Assembly (NCBI GenBank): GCA_951804945.1
Contig: OX638153.1
Coordinates: forward strand, 76,570,001-76,634,000
Length of the DNA: 64,000 bases
Source of the DNA: Podarcis cretensis
Taxonomy: Eukaryota
Direction of reading: 5' to 3'
The notes under the pieces were generated by a model. The model did not search any database. It saw nothing but the letters and a program-made list of their open reading frames with translations, and was not told where the DNA came from. Positions 37,571 to 49,340 of the stretch are shown piece by piece. Every line of letters starts with the position of its first letter. Position 1 is the stretch's first letter. A program made the position numbers and the translations under genes.

Positions 37571-37747
37571 CAAATATTAATTCTAGAACCTCCAAATGAA
37601 TAGGCAGAGAGCAGGATTAAGCACTTGCTGGTGGGACCTTGTGTGGCTGATTTGTGTTCATGCAAGCAAGTTAAACACTAGAGGGGAGGAATCATATATT
37701 GTCTTTGGGCTTTTTTTTTTAAAAAAGAAAGTCATATTTTAACTTAC

Positions 37748-37832
37748 TTGACTGTCCCAGAAGGTTTCTGTAAAGTCGTTTTCTTTTCCTCATTACAAGG
37801 CGACCCTTGTGCCTTATTTTCTAACTTGGTTC
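37748..37832 (-). CDS. ZIC4: ZIC4 alternative upstream 85-nt exon carrying a mammal-type start (ATG at 37793; MRKRKRLYRNLLGQS)
   Basis: Acceptor ccacttttctctcctgaacag|GAACC and donor TCA A|GTAAGT. Translation IRHKGRLVMRKRKRLYRNLLGQS aligns without gaps to the human ZIC4 N-terminus as I recall it ([23 protein letters not shown]). Its phase-1 end matches the internal acceptor at 30018. Confidence 0.8.
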
Positions 37833-40154
37833 CTGTTCAGGAGAGAAAAGTGGCAATATTTTTTAAAGTGTCTAGTTTATATGCAAGTGATAAATAATTG
37901 AAGAATGGCGTGAAATCTTTTTCTTTTCTTTTTAATACCCCCATCCCGAATAAAAACCTCAAATTGTTTTGGAACTCAAGTCTTTGTGTCGCCAAAATAT
38001 GGCAGAAGTAAAGAAGGAGGGGAGGGGGAGAGATGGAAGAGGTGGAATATATTTACAATAAAACATTTCAAAACTTCGTGCATATATTACAGAACAACCC
38101 TAGGGCTGATTTAGAGGAAGAGATAGGACAGGAGATTTCCAGAATTCTGCTTTGATCTGACACATACCTCCTGGCTGAGCACTGAGAAGTGTTACCACCG
38201 ACGACGCTGCATTGTTTATGGACTTTTCAGAGCGAATATTAAACTTTTCAGCGCTAATATCGTCGTGTTTGTTTGCAAGACTCTTCCAACCAAAGATGGG
38301 ATGCTTTAAAGCTGCCGCTTTTGCACCGTCCAACTCTTACTTTCAAAGGAGAACCAATGGCCTGGCTGTGCCAAGAGAGGTGCTCTCAGTGCAGATACTA
38401 AGACTTAAGATGAGACTTCAAAAAGCAATAGATTCAGCCCTTGACTTAGTGCTAGTGGTCAATGTGAACAGTAAAGTAGGAATAATAGGAAGGAGTGACG
38501 ATAACCCTTGTGCCAGTTGCAGAGGAAGTAAATGACCAAGTCTAAATATTGTTGCAGGAGCTCTTTCTGGATACAGTATATATTCCTGAAAGGGAGATAG
38601 GAAGGAGAGGAATATATACTTTATATAATTCCATAAGAACCAAATAATGCAAATATGTGAGCTCAAAGAGGGATTTCTTATAGCTTGTAGTTGTTGTTTT
38701 TATTTTTAAAAAACTATATTAGAAAGATTTCCAATGGGAGTGAAATAAATAAATAAATAAATACTCTTAAAATGCTCAATGAAGTTATTGAATCAAGGAG
38801 GGGCTTTATATGGGATATCCAAACTTGACACTTTTGAATCATTGTAAATTATTATGATGCTATTAATTATTTTTTATTCTGGAATACGTTTTAATTTTTA
38901 AAAATAAACAGATGTGGGGGGGGAGGCAGAGGCCAGATTTCCTCAAATACTATCAAGGTGGAGTGCAACGTCTCTGCACATCATATAAAATTTGGGGTTA
39001 TTATTAACACCGAAGTAGTGTTCTGACCTGAAGAGGGGGAAAGATAGGATTTCCTGTTACTTTTTGGCTCGAAAAAAGGAGAGGAAATAGGTGCAAGGTC
39101 CATGAATGGGGAAAAAACCCTGGCATTATATACCTTAACCTCACTTATTAATACTTATTTTTTCCTAGTTCAAAGTTTGACACGCACTTCTCCCGAAATT
39201 TCAAAAGGGTTTAAGTTAGGGGGCACTGTAAACAGCGTCTGTTTACAGCCCGAACTCTGTCTTATGTATTCCATTCCAGAAGTGCATGAGATTATTTTAT
39301 TGTGTGAGATGCACTTCTGAGATGAGATGGAACAAGCATGTGTATGTGTGCGTAGGGGTTGGTGCGCGTGTGTGTGTAGTATTTACATCCAGAAAGGCTG
39401 GACTTCTGCTGCAGGTCGGCTAGTCAACAGCCTCTATTTCCATACTAAAAACAATTTGGCAGCACTCAAATCATGGCCGGTAACCCGACTCTCCATGCAG
39501 CCAGCCATTCTAATAAACTTCCAGCAAATCTTTTACATATCCAGCTGACTCTTTGGAATATCATGCGGAATTTGGGGGTTCTTCTTATGAACTATTTCCA
39601 TCCTCAAACGGCCTAGTTAAGGCAAGGGAAGCTGCAATGAATCCACCTCCCCAACGTATATTGTTTTAAAAGCATAACATATATTTTTCAACGCTCTGAG
39701 ACTGAGCATACAAGGCTCAAGGTAATCCTAAATGTCTATTACTCTTATAGAGCAACTAAGAAGACACTTGGACAGATCTTGCCTTTCAAGAGCTAGACAA
39801 ACTGTTTGCGGAGAGCATTAGAGCAACTCTATTCTTGGACGGAGGTTAGGAAATCAGGTTGAGCTAGTCGTTCGAAACGGAAGGGCGAACCAATGTGCAC
39901 AGAGGCGGGCGCGCGCGGGCGCGCGGGCCCGCGGCTACACACTCGAGTCATTGTCCCGGATACGGTGGGCCCGGCACATGTTCCCGGTCGCAGGTCAGAG
40001 GTCAAGCTCCAGGGGTGTTTCCAAAGCCGGCCACTTCAAGAACTCAAGCCTTCAACACTTATCCAAACTGATTAACTACATGATCAACAGTAGCCAAGGA
40101 AATGCAACGGGCTTCACAGGTCTCGCCACTGCGAGAAATAGCCAGACCAGGATA

Positions 40155-40178
40155 GTGTGTGTGTGTGTGTGTGTGTGT

Positions 40179-40212
<34 letters not shown>
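40155..40212. repeat. Compound (GT)n(GA)n microsatellite
   Basis: Read directly. Confidence 0.95.
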
Positions 40213-40215
<3 letters not shown>

Positions 40216-41315
40216 GCGGGGGAGATGTGAGTTTCGTGGAAATCCTTCTCGATTCCCTTTAAGACTTGGATAGCCTAAAGCTCTGTCGCCCTCCTCCTTC
40301 TGATCCAGATTTTACAGATATTCTCTTTAAAGAATAAAATAAAAATGCAGCAAAATAAATCAGCGAAAGGGTTTGTGGTGGTTGCTATTTTTTTAAAAAA
40401 AACCATGCAGGTTGGTAGACATTTTTGCACGAATAAAAAAAAGAAACAACGAGTTAAATGATGCTGGAGTGGGGTGTTTGTGTGTAAGGGAGGTGGGAGT
40501 GTCACCCGATTACGGAAAGCTCCTGATCGAGATGGGAATGGAAGGTCCATTGTGAAAAGCTTACGAAGTCTTGGCTACTAGACCTTTAGCCACAGACATG
40601 GTTAACTCCTTCCTAACTGCGCAGGAGAGAGTGCCTGAAACAGAGAAACTGGTGCCGAGTTCTCAAGGGGGAGCAAGACCTGGGCTGACCAAGTCCCCGC
40701 CTCTCGGTTTCTCCCTGCACCTCGAGCCCAAAGCAGCGACTCAACTTCCACGGTTGGGAGGCTGGAGCAGAGGTGGACCGAGATAACCGCACTTCTCTAA
40801 CGCTCGGCACCCTAGGGCATTGTCTGCTTAGGATACACACTCTGATGTTCCCCGCCCCCTGTTCCCTCTCTTCCGAGGCAACCGCATCTCTTTCGTTGCC
40901 CTATCTTTTCCCCGTCTGCCCTCCTGTAGTGGGCGTTCAGATATAGGGCGCTTGTCCCAGCGGCACCATGGGAAGCACCTTGATCACAAACGCCCCGATC
41001 CACTTGGCGGTGTGCACCTTCGGGTCGGGGAAGGGAAAGCCCTGCCCGCCTTTGGCGGTGGGGCCAGGTGCAGCTTTACCTCCCAGCAGTCTCCCGTGGA
41101 GGAAAGTCTCTGCCCACGTGCCTGAAAAGGTGCCAAACCACATCCGCAGAGTGTGTGCGAAGAGAGGGGGGCTCCTAAGGTTCATTCATGCACATAACAA
41201 GCCTCCTGAAGGTGAAAGGTTGCTCCAGCGCTTGGCCTGACTGTGGCAGAAGGGAAGCCGCATTTCCTAGCCCGCCCCGCGTCTCCCACCCTTGATCACC
41301 ACTTCAGTCACTTAC

Positions 41316-41580
41316 CCCACTCCACCTGTTGAAGCAGAGATCCCCTCATTTCTGCCTAGCATGTCAGAACTGACCAAAAAAAGAGAAGAAAGTCGAAAGA
41401 CAGAGGGAGACGAGAGGAGAGGCTGGGGGGTGGGTGGGATAGAGGGGGTAGGGTGGGCAGCGGTTGGATCAAACAAAATCAAAACACCTCTTGGGCGACT
41501 TCATCGAGGCGGTCATCCTTCATTTCTTCTTTTCTTGCTTTCTGGGAGCAGCTGGGGATTGTATGGAGAGGCAGAAATGA
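41316..41580 (-). other. ZIC4: Candidate non-coding first exon of the distal ZIC4 transcript
   Basis: Consensus donor GG|GTAAGTG at 41316/41315 and TATA-like TATAAG at 41610-41605 on the - strand. It lies about 3.5-3.8 kb upstream of the ZIC1 ATG, where a distal ZIC4 promoter would be expected. No transcript evidence is available. Confidence 0.4.
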
Positions 41581-42130
41581 ACCTTCAGGATGATATTTTA
41601 ATGGCTTATATGTCACGTTGGTGCATGTGGCTTTGAACTGGAGCAGCTTTCGTTTCCTGCAGAGAGCATGCCGCAAATCCCACTTGATAACTTCTGCAGC
41701 CCACAACACTTGCACACAGAGCGCGCGCAGACACACACACACACACACACACAAAAAAAATGGACTTTATATCTGAACATGTTCCCAACAGCAAACAAAC
41801 AAACAAACTTTGGACTGTACCCTTCCACGGTTGTTGACTCTTGAGTGCTGCTCTGCATTTTGGAGAGGCGAATCTATTCCCTTTTGCTAACTTCAAGTAT
41901 GTGTAGATTATTCTCTCTGGAACCAAACGTTCCTGAGATTCTTGCCCGTCGCTCTGGGATTAGGCATACTAGAGCGAAAGGGCGAAAGAGCAAGATCTCA
42001 TTACATATACCAAGTCGAACACATGAAAACTCTTTATATTCCTTATCAAGGGAAGATGCTTCAGACCTGTTGCTTTAGGACCTTAGATGTGTGCTTGTAT
42101 GTATGTGTGTATGTGTTTGTATGCGTCTGT

Positions 42131-42132
<2 letters not shown>

Positions 42133-42168
<36 letters not shown>
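42133..42168. repeat. (AC)n microsatellite
   Basis: Read directly. Confidence 0.95.
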
Positions 42169-42173
<5 letters not shown>

Positions 42174-43426
42174 TTGTGTGTGTGCGTGCGTACGTTTGTG
42201 TGTGCAAGCCTTCTTTCATGCAAGCAGCATTACCTCCGCTATCGGTCAGAAACTATGAAGCCGTGCTAATAGAACTGCCCCGAATATCCTCCTTTATGCA
42301 TTGAACCTACTCGGAAATTTGATATAATTTGGTATTACACTGCCGAATGGCAGTAAAAAGGTGGTTTTTGTTTTACTTAAACCAAACAGTGTGCCCCTCC
42401 CACATTTCACTGAAATATACAGCTCTGAAATAGGAAATATTTTTCGTGCACTTTTATCTGCCAAGGGAATTGATTCCTAATTCCTTTAACAGAAAACAGG
42501 ATAAATCAGGTTGGGGAAAAGTCATAGCGAAGTCACATAAAGGCTGGACAAAGGTTCAAAACCCGAAGGGCTTTGACTTCTAGTTAACATTTATTAACAT
42601 CCCTCTCCCTCTCCGTCTAACACACAGGCTCACATTTTCTGTATTGGGGTTGGGGATGGTCCAGGTTAAAATATCATTATTATGGTTTTTTAAAAAAACC
42701 AAAACTAAAAACACTGTTCTCAGCAAAACGCACCCTTTCTCAAAACTGCACGGGCATCACAGGGAATAACATACCCAAGTTGCTTTGCTTAATTGATTGA
42801 GTCACAAAGATTGTCTCTTTTTAAGTAACCATACTTCTACATCTCGACAATCATTTTAATATATAGTCAATGGGTCTTTGTAACAGGAACAAAGAGGAAC
42901 TATCCGTAGTTTTTCAATAGACTTGAGTTGGGTAAAGGCAGGTTAATCGAGGGGTTGCATNNNNNNNNNNNNNNNNNNNNNNNNNNNNNNNNNNNNNNNN
43001 NNNNNNNNNNNNNNNNNNNNNNNNNNNNNNNNNNNNNNNNNNNNNNNNNNNNNNNNNNNNNNNNNNNNNNNNNNNNNNNNNNNNNNNNNNNNNNNNNNNN
43101 TCAGCAACAAAGGCGCCGCCTGCTTTTTCCACCGTCCTGGTGTGGCAAGTTGAGGAATTTCAATAAATGTGACAAGGGTGACTGATTTGTGAACTAGAAA
43201 AGGTTTGAGCGTCAGAAAATTTATATTGCTCCTATCTAGTGAGGATTTCAAATACATTATAAAACCCCAGGATCCAAAAGCTCCATGCAGCACAGAAGAG
43301 ACAAAAGCAACTTTGGGGAAAAAAATACAGTCTTTTTTTTTTTACCTGAATGAAAGAGGTCGCGTAAAAAAGAAAGAAAGAAAAACAAGAAACAAAGTGC
43401 AGGGAGATACAATAACAACACTACAC

Positions 43427-43459
<33 letters not shown>

Positions 43460-43989
43460 ACAAACAAACACACAGGCAGAAAGTTAAGCGCTCTCACCCA
43501 CCTGCCTTTTGATGGGTGCTAAAAAATAATTCAGAAAAAAACAAAGTGATGGAACGTTACAGCCGTTTCCCCACAGAAATCACGCCTGCTGTTTTAAAGC
43601 AAAATCTAATGTAACCAACACATGCGTTTTGGAGAGCATCTGAAAGAAAACAAGGAGGAAGCCCAAATGGAAAAGGAGCAAGTCACAAAAGGACTTCCCC
43701 TGGGCAACTCCTTCAAAAGTTGGGTTGTTCAAAGATCTCGATCTCCAGGAACCAAGCATCACCATCACAAGAAAGAAGGAAAAGATAAGCACAGGAATAA
43801 CATCTACATCTTTCTCTATCTCCATAAAGCAGCTATAGAAAAGAGAGCTTTGGAATATTGTCGAGTCGAAATATATATCTATATCTATATATTATATATG
43901 TTTATGTATATAAAAAGTTGCTACTCCTGTACAAGCCTGTTTGTCAAAAGCGATGTCAATGCGCTTCACAATACCTGGGATTGATGAGC

Positions 43990-44290
43990 TGAGCTGGCCA
44001 ATCAGGAGAGAAGGAAGGTTTTGCGCACCCTTAGTTGGAGAGGAAGGAGGGAGTTGCAAGCGAAAGTGGGAACCGCCAGGCACCAATGATCAGCGACGTC
44101 GGTCTTTACGTAGCTCCTCCTCCTTCTCCCATTCATCAAGGGGGGGACGGTGTCGTCTTTTCAATTCATTTATCTGCAGGAATGATTGCCGCTATCAGTC
44201 TCGCGTTCACCGCCCGGCTGAGGAGGTGAAAGTTTCTCCCCAGGAAGATAAACCGCAAAAGACAATATTGTGCATGATTTGCGCCGTTTT
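43990..44290 (+). promoter_or_regulatory. ZIC1 core promoter and start of 5'UTR
   Basis: CCAAT boxes at 43998-44002 (GGCCAATCAG) and 44083-44087, CRE-like CGACGTC at about 44094, TATA-like TTTAT at 44169-44173, and initiator-consensus TCAGTC at 44195-44200 with matching spacing. Confidence 0.6.
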
Positions 44291-45021
44291 TTTTTTTTTA
44301 ACAAAGCAGGGGGAAAAAAGGAAAGTGAAGGGGGAAAAAAGCCCAAGGAGGGGGAAAAGAGACGGAAGGGGGAAAAGAGTGCAAGAACTGGAAGAGAAGA
44401 GAAAATTGCTCGCTAGTCCGCTACATTCCTCTAGCCTCTTTTTTTAAATTAAAAAAAAAAACCCAGAACTGAAGGAAGTTTAATTTTTGTTTTGCTCCCC
44501 CCTCCCCCGTCTGAGCCTGTTTCCTCCTCTCTCTTCACCATTGTTATTCGCGAGCGGAGTCTTCTGAATCTTTTCCCTCCTTCCCATTGAACCCCCCTGA
44601 AAAAGTGCAGTCCGAGAGGCGAGAGAGGGGGCGATCGGTTTTTCTGTGCGCGCGCCGATGTCTTTTTTATTCTTATTCTCCAATTTTTGCAGCTTCTAGA
44701 TTTCTTCCGCGGGCTCTGCCCACCCCTAAGCCCTCACCCACCCTCTCGTTTTGTGTGTGTGCGTGTGTGTGTTTTGGGTGCGCGGGTGCCGAAGGGGGAG
44801 TTCCTGATGTGGTCGCTTTAGTGGTGAACGTCGCGCGGACTTTTGCAAGAGAAAGAGAGAGAGAGGCTGCTTGGATTGGCGGCGGCGGCGGCGGCTCTCT
44901 TCCTCGTCGGCTGATCCGGCAGTTTGTTGGCTGCTGCTGCTGTTGTTGCTGCTACTGCTGCTTACCCCCACTTCTTCCACGTCCTTTCCCCCCCTTTCCT
45001 CCTTAATTTATATTTCCTTAA

Positions 45022-46203
<1,182 letters not shown>

Positions 46204-47196
46204 TAGGGAAGAAATATAAGGGTGGGGGCTCCTTTCTTAAACAAATCCACACCAAGAGCCGGGTTCAGTTCAGCTGGTGAATTAATTGGCACTAGAAACC
46301 AAACATTGCTTTTCTTTTTATTTATTTTTTTAAGTGGGAAAAATCAAATGTACGGTAGGGCTCTAAATGTTTCAGGAAAGAAAGGGGAGATTACGTGTGG
46401 GGTGGAGGGGAAGAGATGGCAGCGATCTGAATTGTTAAAATTTATTGGTTTTAATTAATTGGTAGTCGAGGGCACTGACTGTCTTACAGTGAGAAATCCT
46501 GCTAAATATATGGCTACCTAACCTCAGCTTTCCTTGCTATCTATTTCTCACCCTCTGTAAATATTTAATTATGTGGGGCTATTGTAAGTAATCTGAGCTG
46601 TACGAGTTTATGTATTATTACAAGGAAACGTGGGGGTTGGGAGCGCTGAAATCACTCGCAAATCACCAGCTCCCTGTTCTAACATTTCTTGTGTTGTCTT
46701 TTCCTTCTCCCTCTCCTTTTGGAAAAAGAAATCCCACAACCTGTCGTGTGTTTATCTATTTTTTTTAAAAAAAATCTAAAGCTGGCGCTATTGTGATTTG
46801 AACAGTTTAATCAGAAGTGTGCAATGCACTGCAAGTTTAATAACTAATACTACTGTGCAGCCGAGGAAGGTTATGTGTACACTAAGTAATAAATAAGGAA
46901 AGGAAGGGAAGGTAAACAAACGCCAAATTTAGCCATAAAAGTGGCAACAAACCTTCCCCTCCTTCCAAAACTGTGTGCAAATGTACTCCTTTGCCAGGCG
47001 TTCATTTTCTGGTGAGATGCCACAGTTCGCTGTTTAAAAGAAAGATAAGAAAAATGGGGAAAGAAAACAGGCTTTGATTTAATTTACTCTTGTTCACTAA
47101 AGTGGGGGTTAGAATTGGCTGTAGGTGTTGCTCCATACTATAAAAATCTAGGTGCCAGATTTCCAATTAGGTCGACTTTGTTTGTTTTTGTAATAG

Positions 47197-47360
47197 GTGA
47201 AAAACCCTTTAAGTGTGAATTCGAGGGCTGTGACAGGCGCTTCGCCAACAGCAGCGATCGCAAAAAGCATATGCACGTCCACACTTCAGACAAACCTTAT
47301 CTCTGCAAAATGTGCGATAAGTCCTACACGCACCCGAGCTCCCTCCGAAAACACATGAAG
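47197..47360 (+). CDS. ZIC1: ZIC1 coding exon 2 (zinc fingers 4-5)
   Basis: Acceptor tttgtttttgtaatag|GT GAA AAA CCC. Encodes [54 protein letters not shown]. Donor AAG|GTAAAT. The 164 nt restore the frame (991+164=1155). Confidence 0.98.
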
Positions 47361-48265
47361 GTAAATGCTAGACGCAGTTTCCTCCCCCCCCTCCCCCAGC
47401 TTCTCTTTTCATTGGGATCTGCTTGGGCCGGGTGGCCTTCGCCTCTCTCCTTCCACCATCGACTTTGCACACCGCTATTTACTGGAGGAGGGGGAGGGAA
47501 ATAAACATTTATTCCTTATAAACAGTAGTTTATACAGTAGTGACGCGACGTTCCGGACAGGAAACTGGGAAACTAGCCCGTATTGTTCTGTCACTCTGGA
47601 AAGGTTTATTAAAGGAGAAGTGATTACGTTGCTTAAAGGCGTGGAAAGTCTTCGTTTCTGGAGACCCGGGATTCCAGTCCTTTACGCTGTAAATTGTCTC
47701 ACAATGGATCCCGGTTTGGGCTAGCCTGGGGTTGTGCATTGCTTCAGGGGGAGAATTTAAAGAAAAAGACTCGATGGGGAGTCTGAAGGGACACAGGCAG
47801 GCATAGAAACTCTGGGTTTCTTGTTCAAGCCTCCGCTAGGATATCGTTCTTCTTTTGTGTATCCCAGGGCCGTATTTATCTTGCATGGCAGTTCCCTGAA
47901 ATTAGCTGAGAACAGGCGATCTCGGTGTATAGTTAAGTTAAGAGCTCGGCGTTTCTATGAGATCAGCCAACATCCTGATTAGCGATGCAGTATTTCAAAC
48001 TTCACGCTTCCCCCGCGCCGCCACCCTCCCCCCACCGTGGCATTTAGAGTTCAATCTGTGAGCTCAGCTCCGTGATTTAGCATGTTGGGCAAGTAAACGG
48101 GCCAGATGCATACGTGCATATTGTTTGCATGGGTATAACAATATTTATATATTTATCTAGCCAGGGGTGGGTGTGTGGGTGTGCACCCAGCGATACACGT
48201 ATATCTATGTGTGAATCCACACACACTTCAAGCATTTCCCTTTGTTATTCATTTCTGTTTTCTAG

Positions 48266-48463
<198 letters not shown>

Positions 48464-49340
48464 ACAAACGAACAAACAAATGCAAATCCAACCTATTTAA
48501 AAGACTCCAAAAATTAATGAACACTTTGAAAATCGATCTTTTTGTGCGTTTTGATTTTTTTTTTAAATGCTGCCCATAGACCCAGGACCGAATCAAATCA
48601 AGAATTCTCTCTCTCTCTCTCTCTCTCTTTCTTTCTCTCTCTCTCTTTCTATCTATCTCCCTCTCTTCTTCAATTTCTGTTGTTTTGTTTTGGTTTTGTC
48701 GTGTTTGGGGCAAAGGCTTGGAAAGCAAATGGTTTTTTTCTAGAGTGCGTGAGAAGAGCAGGGTTATTGGGCCATCTTGCCGATGTGCAGGGCTTTTTAA
48801 TGGAACCACTGACTGGAGTTCTTCAACTGCATGTCTCTTTGGGCAGCGCCTTGTTTTCTGTAAATACAGAAATACTAGCTTACAATGTACTGTTTGATTT
48901 TGTAAATAGTTATACCACAAGTTGAATAAGGGGATACGTGGAATTGTGGTCTTTGCATATATATGTGGGGGGAGGGGAATAGGGGAGGGGGATAGGGGAG
49001 GAGGTTGAAAAGTGGGGGGGGGGGAAGGAGGGAGGAGGTAGCAAATCATCTATTTGTACTGAATGGCAAGGATGTTCTAGTAAATGTGTACCAAAATGTG
49101 AATTACTTTGTATTATTACAGTCTAAACGTCGACCTAACAGAATATTATTGGTATTAATGTGCTTTTTCTTTTGTATAAAGTGCAAACATTTCGTCCCAA
49201 AGTCCAGTCTAAGTAGTGCAGTAAAATGTTGTTACACGTCCTGTCAAGAAATTCGTATAGTGCAAGCCTGGATCTGCGTGTCAAACTGTTACATTTGTTT
49301 ATGTAAAGTGGTATTAAAAAAAAAGAAAAAGCTATAAACT
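48464..49340 (+). other. ZIC1: ZIC1 proximal 3'UTR with conserved-looking block and poly(A) signal
   Basis: Follows the stop codon. AU-rich block at 49040-49320 resembles ZIC1/2/3 3'UTRs as I recall them. Pumilio-type TGTAAATA at about 48859 and 48901. ATTAAA at about 49313. Confidence 0.6.

Noticed and set aside
38168-38333. Possible extra ZIC4 coding exon with donor AG|GTATGT at 38168
   Set aside because: The open frame has no ATG (it starts at TTG), and splicing through the 85-nt exon runs out of frame into a stop. It may be non-coding, but coding status is unsupported.
44182-44229. 15-aa uORF MIAAISLAFTARLRR upstream of ZIC1
   Set aside because: Its ATG lies upstream of the likely initiator (TCAGTC, 44195-44200), so it is probably not in the mRNA.
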